From: the human T2T-CHM13v2.0 reference genome, Homo sapiens
Assembly: GCF_009914755.1 (NCBI RefSeq)
Contig: NC_060926.1
DNA length: 64,000 nucleotides
Reading direction: 5' to 3' (one strand)
Each line of letters starts with the position of its first letter. Within the stretch, counting starts at the first letter, position 1. This document shows, piece after piece, positions 45,001 to 58,681 of this stretch. A program made the position numbers and the translations under genes. A model generated the notes under the pieces. That model was not told the origin of the DNA, did not search any database, and was given only the letters and a program-made list of their open reading frames with translations.

Positions 45001-47183
45001 TCTCATTTTACAATGTAAAATATTCGCATCTTCAAAAAGAAACTTAGTTCCTGTGTAAGAACCTTATTTAAATATTGATAGATGAGTCATGCTTAGCTCT
45101 CATTTTTACGAGGGGCTTGATTATTTTTATGCAGTTTTTCCTTAACAGATTGTACCAGCTTTGAGTGCATAGAATAAGAAACCAATGTATGAATAATTTA
45201 TATTTTTGGCAAGTATCCCTATAAATATACAGCTTGGAAGACCTAGAAATCCAGAGTTGCAGTGGATACAGCGTTTGTTATTTATAATTTTTCTCTTTAA
45301 AAAAGTGTATAATTCCTGATCCCCAATTAAACTTTATTTTCTGTAGCAGATTACATTTTTATAGCAAAGAAACACATATTCTGTTACGTCAGAGTGTATT
45401 TACTCAAAAAATGTCAGTACGCAAGTTAATGGCGGAGCTTGGTGGTAGCCTTGGATTTCTTTCCCTTTTGCCACTCTACAAAACATACTGTTGAGAAGAT
45501 TTTATGTATTAAATCATACTTATCGTAGAAAATGGTACTTGAATGAAGTTTCTAACTTTGCCACATACCTGTCTAATTTACTTTTACAATATATGTGTCA
45601 ATTGCCAGTGTGAGAAGACAAAATGAAATACGTTGTGAAAGGTAACTGTATTATTTTCTGGCTCTGCGTTATAAAAGGGAAATCTCTGTGGTGGAATAGG
45701 TTGAATATGACAGACCCATTTGAACATACTGTGTGCATTTTAAAAAGCTTTAGGAAGCACACAGTGATGGCTTCATCTAGTTAACCATTTTCATGTTAGT
45801 GCAATTTAAGATTGTAGTTAAATAACAGGTTTCCTAATGCCACAGAGTAAATATGTTAGTAGGATGAGATGAGTTAAAGACCTGTCTTAAGCATATGTGA
45901 TTTCTCCATGTTTTTTAGCCAGTAAAATAAAAGTCAAACATGTTCCCCCAAAAAGTCTCTGAATCCCTTATCATCTAGGCTCCAGAAATTTCTTTAAGCA
46001 CTGGTAGTACCTTTAAGACATGTAGAAGTTAAACATTAGAATTTTCTTACATGAATTGAATTATCAGAAAATAATTTGTATTGTCAAAATTCCACAGCTG
46101 TGCCAACTTACAGAAAAAATTAGTGCATTTGGTATTAAACATTTACCATTATATAATTATTGTCTTGATACTTAAATTCAGGCAAAACCAGATCAGTTAC
46201 TTAGAGAATGAGATATCCAAAATAGGATTTAATAATTCTTCAAATCTTTATATGGATCCAACACTCCAGTCTCTTTTCTCTGCTTAGTAAATATTGCTGA
46301 TTGTTTTAGGGGGAATTGACCAGTGAACACTTAGAAGCTTTTGTTTTCTGATTTTAAAAGATAAAACGTATTGGAAAGGTTACTGCTTATCAAAGTAGAA
46401 AGCTAACTGTCCTCTAGCGCCAAAGTATATACTGAGAATGAGTGGAAATCCCCACCAAGTTTCCCATTGCACCTTAGTCTTCATTTCCAGCAGCCCTGTA
46501 TGTCACTCCTGGCTGTCTCAAGATCAGACTCAAATTGTGGATTGCCCTTCCTGTAATGTGCTCTAGCACGTCTCCTGATCTCAGCTTCAGAGTGGAGGCT
46601 TGCATTTTCACTCTGGAGAGCTGAGAGTTTGAATGAGACACAGCTGCAACGAGACATCAGGCACTACTCAAAATTAATGAGGTGGGAGGGAAGGAAGTGT
46701 GGGAAATGGAGTTTCTTGAAATTTATGAATACGGTTTTTGAGATAGAGCTGTTGATATCAGATGAGCAACTATGGTCATACCGGTGCAGCTAACCAGGTC
46801 CTGATATGCTTTTAAAGGTGCTAGTGATTTTTTTTTTCCAACTGGAAGAAAGGAATTACACTTTTTAAGCAGAGTTGTCCTCTGTCTTAAATTTCATAAA
46901 GTAAAGCACCAAGAAAATTATTTTATATGTTGGTGCTGTTTTGTCGTGTAAATATAGATTCCCTTTGTTTCTTTGATCAATAGTAATGTTGAGTTTATGA
47001 AAATGATAAAATGGAGGACACATGAGACAAGGATTTTTTAAAGTAGTTGAGAGATATTATATTGTATTGAAATATACAATATAATCCTATTTGACATTTA
47101 TTTGTCTTGTTTTTGCTTTTATTTTATTACTTCTCTGTTTCCTGATTCTGTCTTGTGCCTTCTCCCGCAAAAACCTGCCTTAG

Positions 47184-47243
47184 ACCTGTGTTGCGTGGTG
47201 GGTCTGCTGCCGCCACTTCTAATCCTCATCATGACAACGTCAG
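47184..47243 (+). CDS. MFF: MFF cassette exon 9
   Basis: ttag|A...AG|gtaaat, 60 nt, phase 2-2; PVLRGGSAAATSNPHHDNVR. Confidence 0.95.
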
Positions 47244-49548
47244 GTAAATTTTGAGACTTCGTAATTACCAGGGTAAATGCTTGGCGGAATTTGTGTGTTG
47301 CAGGGCATGTTGCATGTCGTAGCCATGCCTGTGTTTGTAGCTGAACTTGTTTCTACAGCTTTCCTCGATGAGTACATCTTGCTTCTCTCTAAGAACAGTG
47401 AATAATCAGTCATGACATTTGGCCAATTAGTATGAGGGAAAATGTTTAATAATTATGGTATGATGTGAACAGCTATTTTATTTAAGTGTAGTGTTAATAG
47501 TTTATAGGTGGTTTATAATAATTTACATGCTAAAACAGAAAAAAGTCTTAAATCTTATTTTATGTACATCATTTTAATGGTTGCCTGAATTGTGCCCAGC
47601 ATTTCCTTTTAAGTTGTTAATTATCTGGAATGTTACTTTTAGTGTGTGAACAAACCTGTCTTTGTTTGTAAGGCTTCATCTTAAATTGGGAGAAATCAGC
47701 ATTAACAACTCCACAGTTTGGGAAGGTACATATTTAGAAAGGAAATTTAGTTTTAAGCATTTTTATCATCTGTTGATTTAAGGCCTTCTCTCTTATTTTT
47801 GCCCTTTTTACACTTTCAGACACGCGTAGGTTGAGCGTTCCTTTCTTCCTGACACGCACAGAGGCTGGCAGAATGGCACATACAAATACATGCAGTTCTT
47901 AAGTGCCAAAATCCCCATTTAGTTTTCCTATAGTCTGGAAAAAATCAAAAACTTGTTGGTATTCACAGATGCTATTACTGTATAATTTTTTCAGTCAGTT
48001 TTATTTAAGCAGAAATATATTGTCGGTAGCAGTAGATTTAAAACTGGCAGCATCGTTTCTGTGCTTAGAAGTTGGTGCATTCATTGAAGCAAGAGAAAAG
48101 GGAAGCATTAGCTGCTCATTAAAATTGAATTCATGGTGGAGGAATTGAAAAGCGTGCCTGTGGTAATCCCTTACCACTCTGCTGACTTGTTTCTTTTTAC
48201 AATCTTAGTTCAGTTCATTGTCGTTTTCCCTTATATTTTTCTCTAAGTTTGTGATCTTTTATCTTTCTGTCAGAGTATTTTCAGCCAGTGGTCTAACTTA
48301 GCATTAGAGTTTTTTAGTTCTAATAAATACGGTTTTTGTTTAAAACACAATGTAAAGTAACATATTTTTGTTTTAAATTGAAGTATATAGGTAAAATCTT
48401 TTGTCATATCCTTATATTTCTTTGCAAATCGAGATTTCAGATATCTAAACCTTAGTTAATTCAGGATATAAATTGTGAGTAATCGCTTTCATTTGTACTT
48501 CATTCTGTATGTTCAGTTCAGATCCCTTTAACAATTGCTTCTGTTTGATTTTTTTCCTAATTATTCCTCTGTTATGTGGCCTCAGAGAAAGAGAAGAGTT
48601 TTATTTTGAGGATGAAGTGAAGGAAAAGGGAATCTTCTACCTTTATTTTTTCCACTAATCATTTGTAAACCCATAGTTCCAGCATCTACTAACTTAGAAG
48701 TTTACTTCTCTAACTGGTATAATTACCCTAACTGCTCCAGGTTGTTTACTGTGTTCTCATGAAATAAGGAGACAGTTAATGAGAAAGCAGGATAATTTAG
48801 CCATAGAAGGAATATTTGGAGATGGTTGTAGATTATCTAGAGTCAGTACACACCATCTATTGTTTAAGGTTTTTTGCATACTTTATTAAAGTATTTTTAT
48901 TACTTTTAACAATATTTAAAACAAAAGGATTTTCTGAGTAGACTTGTCTTTAACATGTCTGGATGAAAAGTATAATTCTGCTTCATATCCCTTTTTGTGG
49001 GTATGTACTTTTTGTAGTGGGGACTTGCTGGGATAGGTATTAGAATAGATGATCCATTTGCCAATTCTCTGGACTACACAGGAATAACTTTTAATTTAGT
49101 TTATTTATATTCTGCTCATTTAGAAAATTTACTATGCCATTTTACTAAAATAACCATTTAGGGTATAAAATACATGTGAGGTGAATTATGTGGTTATATA
49201 AGTTGTATCTCAATGAAGCTATTAATTAAACTAAATTTTAAAATGTGGAAATCCAGGCAAAGAAGAGGAATGGCGTTTGTCTTTGTTTTTCAGAGGTTTA
49301 GTGTCATTCACCTAGAAATTAGTGCCGCTTTAGAAGTAACTACATTGGAACAAAAAGTACTTTTTTAATATGCTTTCTCTGGATTTTGTCTTAATGGTTT
49401 TTCAGTATTATTTTATACACAGCATTTTATTCATTATTGGGCCAATTCTGGAGCTAAATGTAGTGGTAAGATGTATTCAGGAGATTTTATAATTGTTTCT
49501 GCGGGAGAACACAGTAGAGCATAAGTAATTGGAAATAAGTAAAGAATA

Positions 49549-49844
<296 letters not shown>

Positions 49845-50346
49845 GACAAGAAGTAAAGAATAAAAATGGCAAGACAAGAGGCAGTGAGAAGAGGTGATGA
49901 GTCTTTCTTTTTTTAGAGTTAGTCTACTTTGTGTTCCCTGCTAGTGAGTCTGTGCCTATGGGCTTACATATGGACATAAGTTTGTGTAAGAATTATATTT
50001 TGTTCTATCCTAAGTGGCAGCTCTCAAACCTTTTCAGCCAGGGACCCTTTTTAGCATCGCCAATCCTTCTGGCTTGAGAATTTTCTATGTGTTTCTTTAG
50101 TCAGGATTTTTTTCCCATTCTCCAGTTTTTAGTGCCCTTTTTCAATATTGTAGACAGTTGTCATTTTAAGCTTTTTTCTTTCCTTTATTAGTACAAATTC
50201 AGGTAGTAAAATATTTTAGTAATTCATATTATTAAGTACCAATTTTCTGAATACTACTTTGAGCATTACACAAAGCATGATGTGGCGTGCCATTTACTCT
50301 GAGTTCTACTTTACTATTCATTTGTATTTCTATCTCTTATCTGCAG

Positions 50347-50431
50347 GTATGGCATTTCAAATATAGATACAACCATTGAAGGAACGTCAGATGACCTGAC
50401 TGTTGTAGATGCAGCTTCACTAAGACGACAG
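50347..50431 (+). CDS. MFF: MFF exon 10
   Basis: gcag|G...CAG|gtattt, 85 nt; YGISNIDTTIEGTSDDLTVVDAASLRRQ. Confidence 0.97.
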
Positions 50432-51655
50432 GTATTTAGTGTACCAAATAAGATATATTTCTCAGTTATATTCATACAATACTTTAAAGTGATAGTTCTC
50501 AACATTTTATTATTTTCTCTCCTGTGGGACTATCAAACTAGTAAGCCATCATTGATTTTCTCATTTTGATTAAAGATATATTAAACTACCATTTACATGT
50601 TTTGATCACCGTAAAACAGTATTACCAAGATAGATTAATGTAATTCTGGCCAGTAACAAAGAATCTTTAGCAAACCAGTACAGCCATCAGTTGCTTGTTT
50701 GGCTTTTGAAATGTGGAACAATTACTTTGGAACCTTTGTTACTGTGTTTAATAACTCCATTTTGGAAACCGCTCCTTGCAGCTTGCACAGCATCCCTGCA
50801 TACGTATTTCCTGTATTCTGTAATAAATCCTTTCTTAGAACTGCAGTTGCACATGCATATTTTTTAATATGTACTCCCACAGCCTCGAGTATCACACAGA
50901 CATACACACATGTGAAGAAGGCATAGTTGGTTTTCTCATTGCGTCTATACCAAATAGATATAGAGGGAAATTGGATTAAATAAGATATTTTTAGGTGAAG
51001 ATCAGTAGGAGAACACAAGCTTTAGCAGGTGGTTGTTCAGCCCTGGGATTTTCACAGTAAGGGCTAACAGCAAGGATGGTACTGTCAGCCAGCAGCATTT
51101 CCAGCAGCTGGGGAATTAGCCTTCAGGCCTGAAGGGTTTGGGTGCCATATCCCAAGGCCCCCTACAGTAGATTATTTTATTGGATTGTCTCAGTAACTCA
51201 GAGGTGGACAGAGAAGGCGGTTATGCCAGGTTCCAGATGAACAACTGAGGTTGAGTGACAAGTTCATAGGAGAGGCATAGAAAGGGGAAGGAGTCCCGTA
51301 TTCTTTCTGCTGTGGTAAGCCTGCCAAAATGCATACTGAGTCTTTTCTGCCAGAATAACAGTAGGTAACCGCTTCCTCACCTCACTATGTAATCAAGTTA
51401 GGAAGGAAATACACCCTTCCTAACTCAGAAATCTGAAGAAGGGAAAGGGAAAGGATGTTTAAGTGAATTTAAGCTGTCATGAATGACATGTTTTTCTATG
51501 TGTAGTTGTGTTTATTTTGCTCCAAATGAAACTTTCCATGTTTGTAATAATACTTTTGTTGACAAATTATTATACTACTTACTTTATAAGAATCTGATTG
51601 CCCTATTCATTAAAGCCTCTATATTATATTTTTTGTGTGTTTGTTTTTCACTTAG

Positions 51656-51787
51656 ATAATCAAACTAAATAGACGTCTACAACTTCTGGAAGAGGAGAAC
51701 AAAGAACGTGCTAAAAGAGAAATGGTCATGTATTCAATTACTGTAGCTTTCTGGCTGCTTAATAGCTGGCTCTGGTTTCGCCGCTAG
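51656..51787 (+). CDS. MFF: MFF terminal exon 11, coding part (coiled coil plus tail-anchor TM helix)
   Basis: ttag|ATA; IIKLNRRLQLLEEENKERAKREMVMYSITVAFWLLNSWLWFRR then TAG; all coding exons sum to 1029 nt (342 aa plus stop). Confidence 0.98.
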   Translation: MIKLNRRLQLLEEENKERAKREMVMYSITVAFWLLNSWLWFRR

Positions 51788-52503
51788 AGGTAACATCAGC
51801 CCTCAAAAATACTGTCTCAACAGCTGGAAATATAAAAGATTTGCAAACTTCTTTGTTTCTGTCTCTGCATTGTATGCCATTTTATAGTCCACACCCTGAA
51901 AATGTATTTCTTCCAGAAAGTCTGGAGGAAGGACCTATATTTGTAGAAGTAAAGGTATATTCTGTCACTCAGCTGTATTCACGTCTGAGCAGTTCTGCAG
52001 TAACACCTGCTTAAAATTCTCCCTTTGCATGTTTTGTAAATAGGCTCCAGTTTTGTTTTTTAAAAGGAATTTATTTTTTGCCTCATCAGTCCACCCAACT
52101 GATTCTGAATGGGAGAGAGTCTGTAGAGAATTGATTCAGAAAAGTGTCTGTGAAAGAAAAACAATTATTTTGTCCTGTTTCTCAAACAGTGTTAAGCAGT
52201 TTTGTTAATAGACATTTTTGCATCGACACTTCAACATTAACACTTTGAAAGTCATGGTCTGGTGCCAGATTTAAGAAACTCGAACCACCTAATATTTCAT
52301 AACCTTCTTCATTAGGTACTTGTACAGATTAATTTCTAACATTGCAGCAGTTTCATATGTGTGCAATATGTGCATTCTTTCATTTTAGTTTTGCACTTGG
52401 TTTTCTATAAAGTACGTTTTTACTCAGTTCATGCGTGAACAATTTAAAAAACGACAGAATAAGGTACAAATGTAGTGTATTTAATAAACTGTCAACCAAA
52501 GAA
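51788..52503 (+). other. MFF: MFF 3'UTR (end approximate)
   Basis: Runs from the stop to AATAAA at 52483-52488. Confidence 0.85.
52483..52488 (+). terminator. MFF: Polyadenylation signal AATAAA of MFF
   Basis: Preceded by TGTAGTGTA and followed by GT-rich gtatttgtctgttg. Confidence 0.85.
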
Positions 52504-52743
52504 GTATTTGTCTGTTGAAGGATTTTATTTCATCATTTGTGCAATCAGCTACATTTTGTATCATATTACCTTATGAGTCTTCCCGTCTCAGAGCAAGTAA
52601 TACAATTAATGACCTGGTAGGTAGCAAGAACCTGCTGTGCTTCCTTTCAGACCTTCATCCTGGTGGTGGTGGCTGTTGGTTGCATTGTAGGTGGTTTTCT
52701 AATTTATAATATCTATAAAGTGGTTCAGGTTTAAATACCTTGA

Positions 52744-53094
<351 letters not shown>

Positions 53095-53110
53095 TGAATT
53101 TAAATCTCAA

Positions 53111-53412
53111 GGCTGGGTGTGGTGGCTCACGCCCGTAATCCTAATACTTTGGGAGGCCTAGGCGGGTGGATCACTTGAAGTCAGGAGTTCGAGACCAGCC
53201 TGGCCAATACAGTGAAACCCCATCTCTACCAAAAATACAAAAATTAGCCAGGTGTGGTGGCAGGCATGGTGGCAATAGCTGTAATCCCAGCTACTCAGGA
53301 GGCTGAGGCAGAAGAATCACTTGAACCCAGAAGGCAGAGGTTGCAGTAAGCTGAGATCATGCCACTGTACTCCAGCCTGAGTGACAGAGCCAAACTCCGT
53401 CTCAAAAAAAAA
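53111..53412 (+). mobile_element. AluS-like
   Basis: Sense Alu dimer; TSD taaatctcaa. Confidence 0.9.
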
Positions 53413-54596
53413 CTAAAAATTTAAAAGTAAATCTCAAAAGAATTAAACCAAGTGAAGCCAAGTGCTAGACAGTTTTAGCTCTCAAAACTTATATTTCCCC
53501 ATTTTCGGTTCAGAAATGGGTAGAATTCAGTTAGGTGCAACATTCTCCACACATCTTTGGTATCTTTCTTCCAAGGCAGGGAGTTTGGGGAAAGGCAGTT
53601 GAGGAAATTCCTTGGATAGAGTTAGATTTAGCATTTCCGTTCTTGCTTCTTATCCCTCTAAAATAATATCAAGACAAAGATTCTTCTCTGTACTTAGAAG
53701 TTTTCTGACTTTTGGTAATGATGCAACTATATTAATTCTAGATTTATGTATACCAGAAGGTAATTTCTGTGGTTATCCTCCAAATTGAAATCACAAAAAT
53801 GAAGAAAAATGATGGATAAGGTTAGTATCTTTTGATAAACAGACATGAAAAGGATTCCACAAAGGTCAAAAAATGAAATAAAAGCAGGAATACTGAGAGA
53901 GAAGTGCGGAAGCCCTTTTTTTCCCTCATGATTCTTACCAAAGAATGGACACTTGGAGCTTTCTCCCTTAATGATTGTGCAAGGGGTAGAAGATCGACTT
54001 CCCTACCTCAGGCAGGCACCAGCTGTAACAGGAGACTCGTGAATGAAGCTAAGACCCCAACAGACGGTGAATGAAAACTCTGTTTACAGTGCAAAAGGGG
54101 ACAACCAAGAAACCTGCCTTACCTGACCTTGTCACATATCTAGAAGTAGAAAAGCTTGAATCTCTCTAACTCCAAAGTTAGGATCTCTATTAAACACCTG
54201 TGTACTTCCCCTAAAAATTGTCAATTACTGTTGAAATATATTTTGGAGTTGAGAAGAACAAATTAGTTCCTGGTTAGTATAACCAGATATTTGAGCTGAG
54301 CCTTTCAACAAGCAGAGAAAGAACAAGAAAATATTCCAGGTGCAGATGATAGATGGAGAAATGGATACAGTCAGGAGCCAAAGTCGTATCATACAACTAA
54401 GTATAGCAAATATATTGTTGCACTACTGAAAGTGCACCCTTCTCCCCACTTCTAGTAATTATGGTTGAAGTATGTGCAGGTTGTTTACACTTTGAAGGAT
54501 AACATCATGGAAGTAGTATATTTTCAAGAGAGCTTTCCTTTTTCCTTCCTTCCTGCATGAATGTGTGTTTCCAGCTCCTTAACTATAGTGATTGCC

Positions 54597-55940
54597 CAGC
54601 CCTTATCCAAAATTCTTTGGACCAGAAGTATTTTGAATTTCAGAGTTTTTCAGATTTTCAAGTATTTACATATACATAATGAGATATCTTGAGGATGGGA
54701 CCCAAGTCTAAACATGAAATTCATTTATATTTCATACATACCCTCTACACATAACCTAAAGATAATTTTATACAATATTTCAAATTTTGTGTATGAAACA
54801 AAGTTTGTGTATGCTGAACCATCAGAAAGCAAAAAGCAAAGATGTCATAGTGATATCTCAGCCACGCATGTGGACAGTCGGGTTTTTTGCCATCACTATC
54901 ATTCCTGACTCTGAGTGTATATGCTGCCAATAAACAGTCATTTTTTCTTAACACTTTTTCACACATAAATACTTAACATTAAAAAATGACACACTATTAA
55001 TACAGTGAAAAAACTGCGTTCAAGTAACTAAGCAGCACAGGGGCATCACCAGATACTGCACCAGCTGTTAGACAACAGCCACAACCAAGAACAGCCATGG
55101 CAAGTTTCCTGTCCCCACTGGCGGTACTGTTGGAGTAAAGATTACTGGACACTATTTTTTTCAGTGAGAAGAAACATGAGAAGCAGTTGAGAGGCTAGGA
55201 AGTGGATCCTGTGGAGACGAGGCATTCTTCTCAGTGGCTTTTTAAAGTATTTCTTCCAGAGTCATCTACCTCATGAACAATGTTTTTGTCTGAGAAACCT
55301 CTCTTTGCTTTTATAAACTGACGTGATTTCTTGTTCTGTTTTGAATACACACTGCTCTAGTCCTTCAAGAAGCCCATCACGTATTTTCACCATATAATCT
55401 GTAGGCACTTTTTCTGCAATGTTAATGTCTTCACTATTAGGATCACCTTTGATTCAGAACCGTTCAGCTATTTCACCATGGGTTGATGAACAACTGGAGA
55501 CCCATCATCGATGTTAAAAACTTCAACATCCACTTCTTCCAGCTTACTGACGGACTCTGAAGGTATATTTTTTACATATATAAGGAGGTCAGACATCATT
55601 TTTTTTTCTCACTTGACATAGGGATTCCTTCCAAGTCACCACCTTGTTTATCATCATCACTGAACATAGTTGCAGGCCAGAGGTTGTGCTGGACATTCAG
55701 AACTGTGTCTTTAGTCACCGTGTTCTAGTTGTTGGCAACAGCATATGGCATCCTTCATGCTAAACTTGTTTTGGAAACCTTCTGTGCCATGCCCTGTTCA
55801 CTGCTGCTAACATGCTATTCCAATAAAGTTTTTATATTTACTCATTGATGTAAGGATACTCTGGTCACTGGCTGAATTAATGAAGTCACATTTTGGGGAA
55901 AGTACATGGCATAAATATTTTGGGGGGTGATGAGAAAATT
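54597..55940 (-). mobile_element. Tigger4 (Zombi) fragment: one terminal region plus decayed internal sequence
   Basis: ccttatccaaaat...gagatatcttgaggatgggacccaagtctaaac; inverted match to 57270-57480. Confidence 0.75.
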
Positions 55941-57123
55941 TGTAAGCACCATTGCTGACCCTTGTTCACTAGAGTACAGTGAGCTGTCTTATTTTTGTTT
56001 TAATTACATGACCATTAGCAGTTTGACAGTTCATTGAGTAAGTATCGAGTCTTCGCTAAAAGCTGAGTACTGAAGATAGGATTCATTAATTCATTCAACT
56101 AAATGCAATGTTTCTGCTTTGTACCAGGCACTGTACTAAGTACTCTTTATACCAGGAGGGAATAAACATGTTCCTGTACCCCTGGAGCTTATAGTCTAAT
56201 GGGGGACAGTGAAATTTAAGAAGCAAGCACAAAGGAAAATGCAATCATCATTGTGATAAATGCTGTAAATGAAAGCATGGTAAAAGAGTAAAGGGAAACC
56301 TAGTTTTCATTAGACGTTTAGGAATAGCCTCTCAGAAAAAGTGGTATTTGTGCTGAAGTCAAGGATAAAGAGTGCTGCCAGAGATAAGGCAGGTGGGGGT
56401 AGGAATGGGGCTGGAGGTGGGGAAATGAGAGGCGTTGCTAAGGACCTGAAGAGGTGAGGGCTGATGAACATGGTTCCTGTGCTCCTGAATACTATAGTGA
56501 TGGACGTACAAACACATGTATGTTACATTATGACAGGAATGATAATAGAGGCTTGGGTAAGTGCTGACTTGGTTTATTGGATCATGAGCACTGGGAAGGC
56601 TTCCTCAAGTAGGAGATACTTAAGCTAGGCCTTAAGGACAAGTAAGTATTTGTAGGGGTGTAGGAAGAATGTTTTTATATAGTAAATGTTCAGAAAAAAG
56701 GCTTATAAGCTCTTGATGTTACTAAATTTATTTAGGCAGCTATAATGTAGGTACTGCAAATTATTTCTGGAACCTTAAGCCCAATGAACATAAACAATTG
56801 AAATATAGAAATAACATTCAGAAAATTTTAGATTTTTAGCTTTGCTGTTTTACAACATTTTAATGTGATAAATACCCTTGTTATCCTGTTTTTTAAAGAT
56901 TGGCACATATAGAAAATAGCTTTTGAAAGTCTTGGGTTTTTCTAGGTATTGTTTTTTAATTAATGAATAATGTAAACATAGGAAAATAGGAGGGTATAAT
57001 GAATTGCCATGTACCTGTCACCTAAATATAACAGTAAACATCTCCCCGTTGCTTTTGGTTGAAGTAATTTTAAAACATATAAATATGCATTTCTTTTTTT
57101 AAAAATGAGGACATTTCTGTATA

Positions 57124-57483
57124 CAGGTTGAGCATCACTAATCCAAAAATTCAAAATCCAGAATGCTCCGAGATCCAAAACTTTTTGAGCCAGTAACGTA
57201 ACACCACAAGTGGAAAATTCCATACCTGACCTCATGTGATGAGTTGCAGTCAAAATGCAGTCAAAATTGTGTTTCATGCACAAAGTTATTTAAAATATTG
57301 TGTGAAATTACCTTCAGGCCAGGTGTTCAAAGTGTGTATGAGACATAAATGAATTTTGTGGTTAGACTTGCATCCCATCCCCAAGATGTCTCATTATTAT
57401 AGGCAAAATTCCAAAATCCAAAAAAATGTGAAAGCCAAAACACTTCTGATCTTAATCATTTTGGATAAGGGGTACTCAGCCTT
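57124..57483 (+). mobile_element. Tigger4b-like non-autonomous element in the TM4SF20 3'UTR
   Basis: TA-flanked caggttgagcatcactaatccaaaa...ttggataaggggtactcagcct terminal inverted repeats, ~360 bp. Confidence 0.8.
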
Positions 57484-57804
57484 TATACTATAAAACCATT
57501 ATCAGACCTACCAAAATTAACAATAATCCGATTCTTCTACATACTCCTCCCAATTATCTCTGACAAAGTTTACATGTGTTTAGCTGAAACATGCCTCTAT
57601 TCTCTTAATCTATAACAGTTCCCTCAAAAATATTTTTCTTTTATAACATTTTCCTGTTGAAAATTGGGCCATTCTGTGCCCGCTGACCCACTTTTTGGAT
57701 TTGTCCTAGTGTTCCCTGCAAGCTGAGAATTAGATCTAAAGACTTGATTGCATTCAGGTTATGTATTTATTCTTTAAAGAAATACAATAAAAAGGTCCTG
57801 TCCT

Positions 57805-58101
57805 TTAGGCGCGATGGCTCATGCCTGTAATCGCAGCACTTTAGGAGGCTGAGGCAGGCAGATCACTTGAGTCCATGAGTTCGGGACCAGCCTGGGCAAT
57901 ATGGAAAACCCCCATCTCTACTAAAAATACAAAAATTAGCTTGGCATAGTGGCACGCACCTGTAGTCCCAGCTACTAGGGAGGCTGAGATGGGAGAATCA
58001 CCTGAGCCCAGGAGGTTGAGGCTGCAGTAAGCTGAGATAGCACCACTGTACTACTGTACTCCAGCCTTTTTTGAGACCCTGTCTCAAAAAAAAAAAAAAA
58101 A
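57805..58101 (+). mobile_element. AluJ-like in the TM4SF20 3'UTR (antisense in the mRNA)
   Basis: Alu dimer with poly(A). Confidence 0.88.
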
Positions 58102-58392
58102 GTCCTGTACTTTTATTTTCAGGATGACTTCCGTTCCTTCTCATCCTCCTTCCCTTCTCCTTTCTCTACACACAGTGAAGAGGTAAAAAATTTGAATAGT
58201 ACAACACAAAACTAATTGAAAATTCTCTCCACCTTTCCCAAATCAACCACTGATATGAGAGTGTTATGCATTTACAACGTGCTTTCTACGTGAAGGGTTG
58301 ATTTTTTAAATCATCTCAAAGATGACTTTGAAAACAAGTGTACTTCTCAAATTAATTCAAACTACTGATACTTACATTTTATTCCCATTAAA

Positions 58393-58681
58393 CTACACAA
58401 TTTGACTTCTTCGCTTAGAGACTCCACACAGACAGCCAAGGAAACCGATGACTATCTGACTGAGCCCAAACAGGACCTCCAGAATTCCAACAAGCAATAG
58501 ACCTAAAAATACTGAGAAGTGGATAAGCCTATGTTTGTTTTCTTCAGAATCGAAGTGGAAACTAGATGCTCTCCAGCCACTCGCCATGGTGTCGTTACTG
58601 GTGGGTTTATTGAAACCAGTAGGAGGTGCACAAGAGTCATTGAAAAACCACTGCAAGTTGAAGGATTCTGGATGAATGTCA
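58393..58681 (-). CDS. TM4SF20: TM4SF20 terminal exon 4, coding part
   Basis: Minus strand tttcag|T; DIHPESFNLQWFFNDSCAPPTGFNKPTSNDT...LLLVGILEVLFGLSQIVIGFLGCLCGVSKRRSQIV then TAG; upstream exons lie beyond the window. Confidence 0.96.

Larger units (their letters stand above)
56708..58392 (-). other. TM4SF20: TM4SF20 3'UTR (distal end approximate)
   Basis: Minus-strand AATAAA at 56727-56732 and ATTAAA at 56859-56864 are candidate distal signals; the UTR contains an Alu and a Tigger4-type element. Confidence 0.6.

Noticed and set aside
46491-46681. Possible cryptic 191-nt MFF exon (catttccag|...GAG|gtggga)
   Set aside because: Only plausible splice sites; frameshifting, with no supporting evidence in the sequence; would need junction reads
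54745-55940. Possible domesticated Tigger transposase
   Set aside because: No long ORF; a truncated, decayed fragment
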